Below the pieces are notes generated by a model, which saw only the letters and a list, made by a program, of their open reading frames with translations, did not search any database and was not told the DNA's origin. Positions 1 to 13,880 of a DNA stretch of 64,000 nt are shown here, piece after piece. Made by a program: the position numbers and the translations under genes. Origin of the DNA: Hormiphora californensis (Eukaryota > Animalia > Ctenophora); assembly GCA_020137815.1 (NCBI GenBank), contig CM035358.1:6014001-6078000 (forward strand), read 5' to 3'. Positions within the stretch are counted from its first letter, which is position 1; every line of letters begins with the position of its first letter.

Positions 1-594
1 GATTGCATCCTCATGACATAGGTTGTCCAAGAGCCTTTGTTTGAGAAATAGAAATTTAAAAAATTGATTTGAAGAATCAGACTATACAATAAACATTTAA
101 TACATGTGTTGATGGTCCTTGTCCCGAACTAAAACTTCCTTGTTTTACTTGTGAACATTTAATACATGTATATATATATATATATAAACAAGAGAGTTTA
201 CGTAACAAAACAACTGCTGTCCCAACCCTGACGGGCTGGTGACACCGACCGCGGTATAGTAGTGCTTGGTGAACAACTGAATCAACGTCTTTTTTCCTGA
301 ATGCCTGATTACACGCTAACATACGCGAGACCAGTTCGGAGGTCCAACAGTGGCCCCCACTCCAGGTAACAAAACAATACATAATGAAATCTATGTATAG
401 ATTTCATTATGTATTGTTTTGTTACGTAAACTCTCTTGTTTATAAACATTTTATTTGGTATTTAAGGAAGCTATTTAAGGAAGCTTTCATTGATCCAGAG
501 AGCAGTAGCACCTGAGTCATCTTGTCTTCGGGTCACTGGTTCTGTTCTGGTCTGGGTTTATAGTCAGGGCATATGATGTTAGATTTTCGGCATA

Positions 595-766
595 CAGTCG
601 GACCCCGATTTAGGGACACCCTCGGGGGAAAGGCTCTTGTCCACTAAATCGGGGTGTCCACTAAATCGGGGTCAAATAATGTTAATTTCCTATATCGGGG
701 GGAAAAAATCCTGTCCCTAAATCGGGGTGCCACTAAATCGGGGGCCCCTAAATCGGGGTCCAACTG
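595..766. mobile_element. Tc1/mariner-type MITE
   Basis: TIRs CAGTCGGACCCCGATTTA / TAAATCGGGGTCCAACTG flanked by TA on both sides; internal CTAAATCGGGG repeats; related copy at 16977-17100. Confidence 0.8.
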
Positions 767-1356
767 TAATTGTTATAATAATCAACCTTTGATTCCTTGT
801 ATTGCACCTGAGACATGCTTCTATTAATTTGCATTTATTTTGACAGTCTGTTCATTTGTCATTATAATGTTTCGATCACAACTTTAATCCTTCTAAAAAA
901 GGAATTACCCCTCCCAACTCCCCACCTCTCTAGACTGTGGCTTGCAGCTCTTATCTCTTCACAATTCGACATATTTTCTCTTACTCTGACAGTAAGAAGT
1001 ACTATTTTATCTTATAAGTTGTCATATATAATATATATAAGTTGTCAGTAGTTCACGATACAGGGGCAGCTGCTCCTTCATAATTTGATTAGTTTTTAAA
1101 GCCATTTATTATTCTATATAATAATATAATAATATTATTATTATACGTCTCTTGTTTCATAACAGCCTGCCAGGAGAATAAAAACAATAGTTTAATTTAT
1201 CAAATTAGTGACATATTATTGATATTGCAATATTATAATATCCTTCCCCATGAGTTTGAACATACCAAAAACATGTCTGGTTATAACAAAACAAATTTTA
1301 TCAGGTTTATGGCTATACTATGGTCTGCAGCGACCTAAACTACAGTGTCTGTTATA

Positions 1357-3244
1357 ATGGAGGTAGTCAACACAGTAACAAGGAAACAGAAAGAAAGAGT
1401 TCGTTCCCAGCTTAACAGAGAAAACTTTCGGAGTCTCATCGTGGAGTTGTCTTTCTACGCTACAGGTTACAGACTCTCGACAAATAAATGTCTGGTTGCG
1501 GTTAGCAAGACACTTAAACTCGCCAGTATCACCAAATGGATGGCCGATGAGTGTGTCAGCAAAATACCTGAGATGGGCTCCTTAGGGAAACTATTGGACG
1601 TGGAGGGTCATCTCGGGTGGGCGTTCGATAGCCAGGGGTATATCCTCTATGTCTCCTCGAATTTCCAGTCCAGACTCAACTTGACGGGGTGCATTGTGGG
1701 GACTCACCTGAGTAAACTGATGCCAGAATACAAGAGCGTGCTAAGGAGCGTATTCGAGGATAAGGAGGAGATGGTGTGTGCTACAATCAAAAAGAAGAGC
1801 TCTAAGATAACCTTCAAACCCAGTGCTACTCCGGCCTACCTTTACGGAAAACTTCTGTCCACCAACCACGGTATGTGAACATGCTTGCCTGTGTGATTTA
1901 TGTGTGCTCGTTATATATTATGCTAATTTTATTTAGCAGTAGCTGATGAATCATTGACTACCAGTGGTACTCCGTCATATATTGGCCGCCCACCACACAA
2001 AGTGCGGCCAATGACGGAGAACCACTGCACCGAAAGGCAAAAAGAAAATTTTATTTTTCTCATCGCTCATTCCGGATCTCGCTGCAAGGCTATAGAGATC
2101 TCTATGTGTTTTGTGTTACAACATATATTATGTTTTACATACATGTGTATTTTAAGATATACTTGGTTCTCTAGAAATCGTTTAGATTCTGGTTCTGGTT
2201 CTCTAGGTTACATTAAAGTCACTTCCCTGTTTTTTAATCTCTCAAAGAGAAAAACCTCATTCATTTATTTAAATGTCATCGGATCTGCCGAATTCATTAA
2301 ATTGTGATACCAATTGATGTTTTGGGTATTTTGCGAAAACAACTATCTGAAATAGTTCGAAACTTTATGAGTAACACGTGATGGTATAAACTTTAAAATG
2401 CATGGCTGTATGGATCATACAGCAACCTTTCATTTAAAATATATCACGCAAAATTCGATTTAGCTGTTTTAGCAAATTGGCTAAAACAAGTAAAATTACA
2501 GGAGAGGACATCTACATTGGGTCTATCATGTTTTACGCGGACCGTGCAGCGTTCTTTCACCAGTCACAAAGCTTCAAACGATCGAATGCCAACTTCTCGG
2601 AGGTAATCTTAGATGAGAATTTCGATTTCCTGAAGAGGCACAAGCAGCTGGATCGGATGCAGAACTTCTTCCCGCCCCTATCCAACTTCCTGGACTGTAT
2701 AGAACCCCTGGATCTTGTCGGGGTGATAGATTCCTTCAACCGAATGAACAAACAACAGGTCACCATAGGATTCCGGGCCCGAAAGTCCGATTCCAACAAC
2801 TTCATATTCGTGTATGGCCACTTTTACCGAGGGAACACCCAGAATGGAAACAAAATTGTCTCCGGTTTTGTGTCCCCCTTCACGCTTAAGGATCCTGAGG
2901 AGGAGATGGAGCGAGCCCCAAGCTCGGAACGATCCAGCAGCAACTCACCGGAGATAAAAGTAGAAAGCGGCTACCCAGATTACAGTTGCTGGAAGACTAA
3001 CCACACGGACAACTCGATAGATTCGGGCTCCGACACAAGTAACGACCAGGTGTCGCAGTATATGGACTGCGGTGGGAACCAGCAGCTTCTCAACGATAAG
3101 GAGGTCCTGGAGGCCCTTGATGAACTATTTCCGAACATGAACTCGCCTGACGATGGGAGACGCCACCACCAGCAGGGTTCGAGCGATGAGGACCAGGAAT
3201 ATTCGGAGATGCCAAGACTTGAAAACACCAACTTTTGGAAATAA
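1357..3244 (+). CDS. divergent bHLH-PAS transcription factor (~418 aa, 2 coding exons: 1357-1870, 2502-3244)
   Basis: bHLH-like N-terminus RKQKERVRSQLNRENFRSL...LSTNKCLVAV; PAS-A-like GWAFDSQGYILYVSSNF; PAS-B-like NFLDCIEPLDL...GFRARKSDSNNFIFVYGHF; acidic/Ser-rich tail; GT-AG intron joins in phase (CAC G|GA GAG). Confidence 0.7.
1962..2027. repeat. short imperfect inverted repeat (hairpin) in bHLH-PAS intron
   Basis: CAGTGGTACTCCGTCAT..TTGGCCGC pairs with GCGGCCAATGACGGAGAACCACTG. Confidence 0.6.
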
Positions 3245-3778
3245 AAGTGGGGCAGTGCAGAGAGCTATGAGTGTGAGGGTAACGTACAATCACTATGTTA
3301 CAAAACTATCCATCTGTAAAGTACACATTGCACATCACAAATCCTGACAATAACACACACATATACCTCTGCACCCTCTGATTTTAATCATCATGATCTG
3401 TGCTTCTCATCCCTTGTGTTACCATGGTTACATACATGTCCGCCATTTGTGTTTTAGCATGAGCCCCCCTTGACTTGGTGTATGTGGTGCCTCAGGCCCC
3501 GACACTGTGTGTGAGGGAGGATCTTGCAGCTTTGTGTCCTTTAGGGTCTTGAGCTGGGTTCATCATCGACCCACTTTATGACTCTAAACCACAATTGACA
3601 AGTTAGTAACTATATATCCCCCTGTACCACCCTGTACCACACCGCCGGATATGGGTGTATCGCAGATAAAGCTAGCGATCTCACACTACCATTGCCGGTG
3701 GGTGTGCGTGTGTGGGTGTCCACGGGGGACTGGATCGTTAACATATATGGGACAGATAGTCAATACCACTATTGGTTC

Positions 3779-4209
3779 GCGGTCGTGCCCAAGGAAGGAG
3801 TGCTTGGATTATCTTGATTCAAGATTCTTGAAACATATCCAAAAGGGTCTGTACCCATTTGCATCAGGTGATGTTCTGACAATCCAATCACGAGTTATGA
3901 CCGAAAAAACAGGTCAAAATATATGTTTTATTGTGACAAAAGTATTACTTGAAGTTTGAACACATCCCTTATTATTATTATATGAAGGGCTGGGGCTTGA
4001 AATTTCTTGTGTGGACAGATAATCTTCCAAATTTGCAGTTACGTCTCAACTTTGGCATACTTTTTGTCACTTTAAAACATATATTCTGACTGTTTTTCAG
4101 TCGTAACCCGTGATTGGATTGTCAGAACATCACCCAAAAGGGCTACAGAAACTTTTGGATATGCATTAGTTGACCTAAATCCAAGCACTCCTTTTTTGGG
4201 CACGACCGC
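3779..4209. mobile_element. foldback/MITE with ~165-bp imperfect inverted arms
   Basis: GCGGTCGTGCCCAA..GGAGTGCTTGGATT..GGTGATGTTCTGACAATCCAATCACG is mirrored at the right end. Confidence 0.75.
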
Positions 4210-4346
4210 TCATTGACTAAGAAAACAACCTCTTATTTTTGGATATCAATAGTGGTCTTGACTAAGAAAACAACCTCTTATTTTTGGATATCAATATGAT
4301 TCTATGCGCTGTGTTTTAACCCGTGTACGGCTTTGGTGTTTTGGTA

Positions 4347-4672
4347 GGGGACACTAGCATGTGGTTCACACAATAACATGTTTTGGTACAGGTGAGCGGT
4401 TTGATCAGCACGTGCAAAAGTCGCACGCCACCCGAACACTCCTTCATTTCGCATCGAATGAAAAATGACTTTCAAGTTTTTCGTAGATCTCATTGATATC
4501 AAAACTTGAAGGCCATTTTTTTGATTGGATGCGAAATAAAGGATCGCTAGATGACAATGCTCCAGGATGGCACACGACTTTTAGCACGTGCTGATCTAAC
4601 CGCTCCTGCTACCCGTCACACACGTGTAATGTGGGTGACGTGCATTTGTTTGTACCGCACGCTAGTGTCTCC
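4347..4672. mobile_element. MITE with GGGGACACTAGC TIRs, TA flanks
   Basis: TA-GGGGACACTAGC ... GCTAGTGTCTCC-TA; same TIR family at 10619-10720; interior shares TTTTCGTAGATCTCA with 5138-5376. Confidence 0.7.
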
Positions 4673-5137
4673 TACTATATATAGCTTTTCTTCGGAATCC
4701 CTAATTTTAATTATATATATATATTATACACTATGAATTGGGGTGGACTAGTGTGTGCTATCTATGTGCCACCACCCTGACCACACCTACCCCCGGAAAC
4801 CCCTGACCCATTCTTGTCCCTTCCTGGCTAATTGGATTGTGATCATTGGACACAGCTTTACTAAGTTTAGATGTATCCAATGGTCGCAGCTTTTCCGGAT
4901 ACTCCTCCTGTACCATTAGCTTCTAATCTTTGGTCAAGAAAGTACAAGAAAAATATGCGTTTTTGTGGGTTTCCCGTGGGTAATAATATATAATCTTATA
5001 AATTCAGACTAATTTTAACAGTGATTACTAAGTTACATAACTTACTTTTTCAATCGTTTAGTGCTATATCTCTCATCCCCGGGAAGAGCCCGGTTGTTTG
5101 CATTTAAAGTCCACTGATCGTGGAAAACCGCCAACTT

Positions 5138-5376
5138 TAGTAGATGTGCTTAGTCCAGTCACGCCAAAGGTCTCACGCCACCCGATTTACGCATTGTCAA
5201 TTGTCATAGCTTCTTCAATTGGTATTCAATCAAAAAATGTTCTTGAAGGTTTTCGTAGATCTCAATGAAATCTATCAAAAACTACCATTTATTGATTTGA
5301 AGGGAAATGAAGGAACTATTACAATAGTCGTGGGTGGCACGCGACCTTTGGCGGGACTGTATAAGCACACCTACTA
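5138..5376. mobile_element. MITE
   Basis: TAGTAGATGTGCTTA..CGCCAAAGGTC..GCCACCC mirrored by GGGTGGC..GACCTTTGGCG..TAAGCACACCTACTA. Confidence 0.7.
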
Positions 5377-7019
5377 GTTTGTCTCACGCCCTCAACTCTG
5401 TGCTTTGACTTGTTGATGTATTGTCAAGTTTTTGTGCGTGTGTTTTGACTTATTTTGAGTCATTTTCATGTTGTTGAAGGTGTGTTGACTTGGCGAGAAT
5501 ATATCACATATTTTGAAGTTACCACTACAATTTTCATGAAGTTGCAGGTTGCTGTTTTACCCAATATTCACTAGCATTGACCAGATAAACAAGATAATTT
5601 TCTTGTATGGATGCTTTTGAATTTGGCTCTCGATGAAGATTAAAATTTCTATTTTGTTTTAAAAAAGGTATATTTTCGGTTATCGGTTATATATAAGTTA
5701 TCATATAATACGGGGTCGCATTTTTTTGAAACTGTCATATGTCACCCCGCCTCAAAACACCCGATTTGTCCTAATTTGCAGTCTCAACGTATAGAGCACC
5801 CCCGTATAAGTTATAGCAATCACAGAGACACCCCATGTTGAAATATCTTCTCCAAGATGAGATGTTCTCTGTCTGATTGAATCACATTTTTTGAGAAATT
5901 AATATATACAGATTACCCTTGACTAGAAATTAACTACATTATACATGTGTTGGGCAACGTTAGCAATATGTTTTGTGTTAAGTGTGTCTTCCTCTCATTA
6001 TATTATCAAACAGAGCCCGATGATATATATAAATTCCGTTCAAGGCATTCAAAATCCGTAACCAGTTTGTCGTTGAATTTTATTGAAATGTTTACGCCCC
6101 ACAAACCAGTAAAGTGTGGATCACCGCAGCCAGGATAGATATGAAGAGAGAGATATATCTAGAGGATCTAGTTGGGTATATCTAGAGGATAGAGGTATAT
6201 CTCGGGGGAGAGGGGTATCTCGGACCTATTGTAGTGTAGTGACCCCTCATTCGGCGTGGGGTCACTAGCTACAAAGGCAACACGAGGATCCGATCCTGAT
6301 CTCAAATACTTCCCATAGTAATTAGTAATCATTATGCATCTGTGTGTGTGTGTGTGTCAGAGTTGCTTTTTCGTGTACTTAATGGTCGCTTAAAATTTCT
6401 GTGACAGATTGGTAATCTGATTCACTTATAAAGTTTTGAATGAATTCCTCTAAACCGTAGTAAGAATAAAAAGCAACCCTGGTTATGTGTTAGTATGTTC
6501 AATGTCAAAATAAATCTTCTTATGCATACATAAATGGTTATATATCTATAGATATGCGGATATAGATAACATATTAATTTATGTCGTCCGATATTGTGCT
6601 CAACTTCTCAACATATTAAAAATTGAGATATTCTGATTTTGCTGGGGGGGGGGGGGGGTTCTCTGATATCAATATTGGACGACATAAAACTAGGTACATT
6701 ATATTTGGAAAAGTTAGAGAGGAAATGGTTTCTTGCTTGGTGACGCCAACAGATAACGGGTCAAAGCTGACAGTACTACTTTCTTATCTTTTTTCTCTCA
6801 GATCTCACTATTATTCTTCAATTCTTCATTCTTCATTCTTCATTTTTCATTCTTCACTTTCTTCTTCAATATGCTTTATTCTTCATACTTCTCAGTACTT
6901 CTTTCACTGTGAATTTTCCTTTTTTACCTCTTTCTAAAATAGTAATGCAGCTTTGACCCAAGCATTATTATTATTGCCGTGGAAAGAGTGGTCAAGTAGG
7001 GGAGATGGAGGTGCCTATG

Positions 7020-7203
<184 letters not shown>

Positions 7204-8427
7204 GTATCGTTTACAAGTTCACTTGCGGGTACCGACCTAATCTCCCCTACTAATAACGTAGTATTATAGGGGCTATGATCCGGCCTGGCAAAGTCCAGAA
7301 AATCTAGCCCCGTCAGCAGAGATAATCTTCCTATTTCTGTTGAAATACATACTGCCATAATACTCAACTAGCTACGTGTAATTTTAAAATGTTATGGCAA
7401 ATCATTGAGAGGACAGCTTCGGATATACGCAGACACACATTATAACACACGCAGACACACAATCACACTCAGATTTAGGTTCACACGTTCCACCCACCTG
7501 AATGTATATCGACTAAATGGAAGGTGGCGGGTTGTCGCAGAATTACTAGGATAGACCTTGATTACAGTGTCAGCTGCGCCTCAAGATAGGTCATCCAGGT
7601 ATCTGGTATAGACATGTGTATAACATACACATGACATGTCACCTGACACATGACATATGAAATGTTTCAAGGAGACGATATACATTTTGGTCCCTAGTTT
7701 TAACGTGTAATGCCCCCTGTTCCCTACTGGAATGGGTTTGCCGTTTGTTCTTAACCTCTGTAATGGTGAGCAAGCTGCGAGGATGGGCTCGAGGGACGGG
7801 TGAAACTGTGGAGCTATGCACCTGTGTAATTGTCAACTTGGTGAGTGGTATAAAAGGCCGAGAAATATATTTTGTAAACGATTTCCCTTTCATTCGTTTA
7901 CCTGGCTCTTCACTGACTTGATCTGTTGATTTAGTACGGTGCCCCCCCCCCCTCTCTCAATAATCTCTGTTTTCTCTCCCGCTTAGTGCTTATTAGTACA
8001 ATTTGGATCTCTGTTACATCCTTTTCGTCAAATTGTAGCGCAAACACAGTGTCATCAGGCGACTCAAACTTTTCGGGGGTACACCGTACTCAAAACGAAT
8101 GTTAAATGTGTGTCTCATCTCGCTACACTTTGGTACACAGTGTCTCGCTGAATTTCCCTTCTAAATATCTCTTATTTTCTCTCTCTCTCTCGGTCCTGTG
8201 CCCTAAGGTTGAGTGTCGTGTGCCTGTGGTGCTATATGTTTGTGTTATGTGTTGGTTAGAAATAAAACTGATTCATCTGTCTAACTGTCTTCTCCCCCAA
8301 CTGTTACAATCCGAGTGTTTGGAGCTGATAAATCTCTTTCGATACTGGGGTTTATTTAAAAAAAAATAAAATTCACACGATACATATGATAAAGGGGGAT
8401 TATATACCACATGGTGGGATGAGGGCT

Positions 8428-8543
8428 AAAAATTAAAACGAGTTGTTTAGTATAAACAAAAATTAAAACGAGTTGTTTAGTATAAACAAAAATTAAAACG
8501 AGTTGTTTAGTATAAACAAAAATTAAAACGAGTTGTTTAGTAT
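8428..8543. repeat. 30-bp tandem repeat (~3.8 copies)
   Basis: unit AAAATTAAAACGAGTTGTTTAGTATAAACA. Confidence 0.9.
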
Positions 8544-8697
8544 CGTAATAAACAACTTGTTTTAAGTTATAACCTATAAAATATCCACCTCTCACCTTTC
8601 AGTGTTGCCTAGAATGGCCGGTCTAGTAAGAACCTAATAACAAGTACTTCTGGACTAGCCTTGGTAGTAAATCTAAAACGGCATCATAGATCATGGT

Positions 8698-8790
8698 TAA
8701 TAGTTCTTGTGTTTATTGGACAAGTTAGACTCGCTGGATATTATTGGATGAAACCAGATATTTCGGTGTTTAACACCATCATCAGTAGTA
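8698..8790 (-). mobile_element. dispersed ~93-bp repeat, probable Penelope-like element terminus
   Basis: essentially identical to 32616-32708 and, inverted, to 32796-32888; carries a hammerhead motif. Confidence 0.6.
8753..8789 (-). ncRNA. candidate minimal type I hammerhead ribozyme
   Basis: minus strand ACTA-CTGATGA-T-GGTG-TTAAA-CACC-GAAA-TATC-TGGT. Confidence 0.6.
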
Positions 8791-8864
8791 CTAGCTAAAA
8801 ATAGAACATAATTGGAATCAAAATCGAAATTCATATCAAAACAATCACTCACTCTCTATCTCTC

Positions 8865-8902
<38 letters not shown>

Positions 8903-10618
8903 CAAGAGAGTTATTGTATAATGTCATATTATGATATATGTGAGTCATGACCTGTAGTGCTAGAAGTGAAATTTTTGTCGACTTGGCCCTTAGTTTACCC
9001 CTAGATATGAAACTATGGACAATTTTCTACTACATCCTGAAAACGGAATTGTGGTAGTGTATGTCAATTACGTGGGCCAGGCGTTTTAAAAAGTTTACTT
9101 TTTTACCGAAAAACATCGAAATAAGGAAAATATGTGTGTTTTACACCAGCTTTTGGCATAATTTTTATATCAAGTTGTGATGTTCAGAGTCGTGTTCAGC
9201 GGCTCGAAACCGATTGGAATCGATCAAAGTTAGCCAAAGTTCATTTTTGACCTGAAAAAGTTAATTTTGGACAAAAAATGTTAATTTTGGTCATGTTCTT
9301 CAATTTTGAGAGCTTTTTATGAACGGGATCGTGTTCAGCAGGCCAAAATTAGTCGGTTACAACCGGAATTTGCTTTCCGACAAATAAAAACTCAAAAAGT
9401 CAAATTTCGTCCCGACTACTTGCCAAGTTAGACTGCCATTCGTTCGCCCCGCTACTACTGCAAAGTAGAAGGTTCTGAAGGTTCAGACTGAAAATTATGG
9501 TTGTACCTACTGGTTCTCATGAGGCAATTCATATGTGTGGTTTTTTCAAAATAACGCCCCAAAAACATTTTTTGATATAAATATGTCCATATATATAGTA
9601 CATAACGTTCTGCACGCAGTGCAAGCGCGCCATATACGCTCTGCACTGCAGAGCGTATATGGAGGTGAAATGCACGACAGCGGAGCTGGAGTGCATTTCA
9701 CATCTATATTGCACGAGTGAAACGAGTGCGATATAGGGGCGCTTGCACATGCCGTGCAGGACGTTATTGAGTATATATTCCGCGAGAAAACACATGACAA
9801 GCAAAACAATCATAATTTTGGGTGATTACACACAGAGAGATGTGACAAAACAAGGTACAAACTAAGCAAAACTACACAAAAATACACTTTACACCGGTTA
9901 CACACAAGGGAGAGAAGGTCTGATAGTTTGAAACAGTGAAAAGAAGAGAGAGATAAAGAGAGAGATGCGAGAGAGGGAGATTGGAATTCTTGGAAATAGC
10001 AAACAACAAAACGTGTAAGGGGATAATTAGTGAGAGAAAGAGGGAGAGTGAGTGTAAAATGGCAGACTGCGTGTCGTGTAGTACCTTGTCAGTCATATTT
10101 TGTGTGTTTGTGTGTGAATAAGGTGTAAAAACACATTTCTCACTTATATCCCGCTACCTGTATATCTGCACGCTCCCGCGGAAGCACAGTGCATATTTCA
10201 GCGTGCAAATGGTCGCGCACAGCGGGAGTGATATGTGCACTCGCGGTATATATATGGGCATACATCGGCACACGTAATTGCGCCAGGGTAGAGCTAAAAA
10301 TTTTGATAAAAACGTTTCAAAATGATCGTAGGAGCTCATTCTAGGGGTAAACTATGTAAATATTGGATTTGATTTATGAGTTGGAAAAATAGCACACCCA
10401 CTGACTGGTCGTGGCTCAAATAATATCAACAATTTTTGTCTATTATTTATCTGTTTAAAATGTTTACATACCTACTATGTAGTAGGTATAAAATAATAAA
10501 TGAAATAATATTATGAAATACAATAAATAATTCGCCAAAACAAATCACTAAATTAATTAATTCAGCTGTCTGATACCAGAACATTCTATGAGTGCTATTA
10601 CACGCATTCTTCCATAAA

Positions 10619-10720
10619 GGGGACACTAGCGTGGTACACACACACAAGATATGCGTCATCCCCCTGTAGATATTATAGGGGGTGACACACATTTTGTGTA
10701 CGTACCACGCTAGTGTTCCC
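10619..10720. mobile_element. short MITE, GGGGACACTAGCGTGGTAC TIR family
   Basis: GGGGACACTAGCGTGGTAC ... GTACCACGCTAGTGTTCCC. Confidence 0.65.
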
Positions 10721-12111
10721 TGTACTATGAATAATAGAAATATCCAGAAAATTAGTACATCGCCAATATAAAACCAAAATTTCAGACGCTTAACTATTTA
10801 CGAAATATTTGATAAATTTTATTTTTCTGAAATTGCTTAATAATCTGCTGATCTCTCTAAGCGCTGTAAGAGAATAATCTCGACCACCTTCCACACGCAA
10901 CCCTCACGTACGGAGACAGGTCGTGACCTTCAGAAAGTCACGAACATCTCTTACGGTTAACTATTCAACTCAACCGAACAGAAATATCACGCACTGTAAT
11001 TGCTCCTAGCTGCCAAGTCACGTTCATTCGCTTTGCTTTTTTTCTTAGGACACACCGCCCTAACCTTTCTACGTCTGGTTAGTATATAGATTGCCTCAAC
11101 ACTATCTCTCCCCCCTTCATCTCTCTCTCACTTCCATTTCAGCTTCTCTCTCGTTATGTTACTGCTTCGCGTCATGCGTGTATATGGGATCTAGAGACAG
11201 AGAGAGAGCTAGAATAGATATATCAGCCGCTCTGCGTGACTTTGAGAGTTTCTGAATTCAGAGAAAACACACACAACTGGACGGAGGGCGCGGGTCACCA
11301 CCAGCTGGAGTTGGGCGCGCGATTTACCATTGCGCGCAGCATTCCATAACATATACCACATACAAGCATTGGAGAGTTCGTATGTGATTTCTCGGGGAAG
11401 ACGGGCGGCGGTGTAGCAAAGCAAAGTAGTCACGTCAGCCATGCATGCCAAACTTTTATGGGAAAAAGCTGCTTTCTTTCAAAGCTCCAAACACTCTAAA
11501 CCCTTGTGTCTCTGTAACGGGTAACCAAGACAAAACCAGTCGTGGTCCCATGTTCCTCCCAGTCCCCCCCCCCCTTGTACCGTCTCTCTCCCTGTACCCT
11601 GTACCCGTCTCCCTTCCCCGTGTACCCTGTACCGTGGGGATGTCTAACGGTGTGAGTCCTGTTTTACTGTTCGTCAACCCCCAGTCCACAAAACCCTTGT
11701 GAGACAACATAACTCTCATTAGATTTGTGATAGATGAAGGGATGATATTTCCTGTTATGTCAAATGGGTAAGTTATGGATTGATCCGTTTTTCTAATTAG
11801 GATTCGTGATTACGTGGGTACTGTTTCCACTCTTCTCTCCAGGCCCAACACACACAAAGTATGGAGAGGGAGTTTGTTTTCGGTTTCCTACATGCTGCAG
11901 GATGAAGTTATGTGATCCTAAAACATTCGAAGGGTTATAACCTACGACACGATGTTGAGTAAGGGAGGTCAACACGGCATTTAGGAATATTTTGCAGGTG
12001 AAATATTCTACTCTATTTGCAGCAAATATAGTCAATTTTGATTTACATTTCCAAGAACTTTCATTTATAATTCTTGGTTTGGTACTACAATGAAAGTCCT
12101 ACATTATCTTA

Positions 12112-12900
12112 GTAGAGTCGATAACTACATCGACCCCTCCCAATTGTTCCAGTTTTTGTTACATCTGTTTGGAGCCTCGACACGACCTCTAAACAGGTGT
12201 TACTTTTTCACAAACTGTTTTCATCATGGTGTAATCAGCAATTGAAATGTTGCTGATCATAACAAAAACCTAACTATTTTTTTTAAACTTGGGGTAAAAC
12301 CATGGGTGTCAAAAGTTAGCTCTAGGTCCCCTGAGTAACCATCCGGAGACTCTAAGAGATATTTCAAGCCGTTCTCCCGTTATCATTAATCCCGGTAGAG
12401 CACATATTTGAGTATGGGCGTACGTGCAATTGCCTACAACCTCAACTTTAATGTATAACGTTAATGTGCGTCTCTCTCTTTTCTCCCCCTTGAGAAAGAG
12501 TTATCTCGCGCGGCGCAACCGCACGTGCGGTTTTTCCAGAGAGAGTGAGAGACATACAATAACATGTAAAAGCCTGCCAGCGCTCACGTACGTCCATATT
12601 GTATTTGTTGCTTCTACCGGGATTAATGATTACAGGAGAACGGCTTGAAATATCTCTTAGAGTCTCCGGATGGTTACTCAGGGGACCTAGAGCTAACTTT
12701 TGACACCCATGGTTTTACCCCAAGTTAAAAAAAAATAGTTCGGTTTTTGTTATGATTAGCAACATTTCAAATGCTGATTACACCATGATGAAAACAGTTT
12801 GTGAAAAAATAACACCTGTTTAGAAGTCGTGTCGAGGCTCCAAACAGATGTAACAAAAACTGGAACAATTGAGAGGGGTCGATGTAGTTATCGACTCCAC
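12112..12900. mobile_element. foldback element with ~315-bp near-identical inverted arms, TA flanks
   Basis: GTAGAGTCGATAACTACATCGACCCCTC... mirrored by ...GAGGGGTCGATGTAGTTATCGACTCCAC; ~160-bp spacer. Confidence 0.85.
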
Positions 12901-13863
12901 TATCTCCCCTCCCTCTCTCTATCTCTCTATCTCTATCTGAATCTCACAGAGCAAATCCAATTACAGGGGGCCGGTGTTGCAGCAGGAGAGAGAGACGTGA
13001 CATTTCAAGTTTCATCTGTTACACACCCTGTACGTGTCTACTGTGTTATTACCAGCAGCATCACACTTTCCAGGAATACAGCGAGAAGAGAGAGAGAGAG
13101 AGGAGGTCAGCACACGTACATACACATACACTCTATATATATGTATACCATTACTGCAGGTTGGTACATTATATTATTTCCGGGTGAACACATGATTTAT
13201 ACTGTTCATTCCCTGCACAGTCTGCAGGTAATAGAAATATTAATCCAATCCTCTATAGAGATCTCTCTCACTATGCCCCAGGACAGAATATATTAGGGGT
13301 TAGAATATGTTTAACATGTAATCCCCCCCCCCCCCCCCCCCCCCCCGGGTGAGGTGGAGCTTTTCCAGGAAATCCATGTTCTTGCCCCGTTCATGATTTT
13401 CCTGATTCCTCTCAGTCTCTGCTCCCATAGCTCTATTAATCAAAACATTCTCAGTTCGTGATCATTTTGCCTTCAGGTGGGGGCCTACAGCGAAGAGAGA
13501 AAAATCACGAACATCGAGTGCCGGCAGTGCAGCAGACTATTTATATATTTCTTCCTAATATGGTATAATGGTGAGCCTCCAACGTGGTTACGAGTGGCTG
13601 AGAGTGAGGAAATTGTAATTTGCATCACCTACCGAGATAGAGAGAACTCATCAGACTCAGAAAATCATGTACAATGTATGATTTTAATGATTCGATATTT
13701 TAAAGATAGATGTGAAGGTAAAACAACGTGAATTAGTAAAAATATTAATTACTAACAATTAACATTGTTACCAGGACTACAAAATTAGTGATTCGACCAC
13801 ATTAACTTAGTTAATTGTTAGCGAGATACGTTAATTGTACGTCCAAGGGTACTATGTCACTGT

Positions 13864-13880
13864 TTGCCTTGCTCGACCCT
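13864..13880 (+). promoter_or_regulatory. dispersed 17-bp motif TTGCCTTGCTCGACCCT (exact); function unknown
   Basis: exact copy; regulatory role is inference. Confidence 0.4.
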
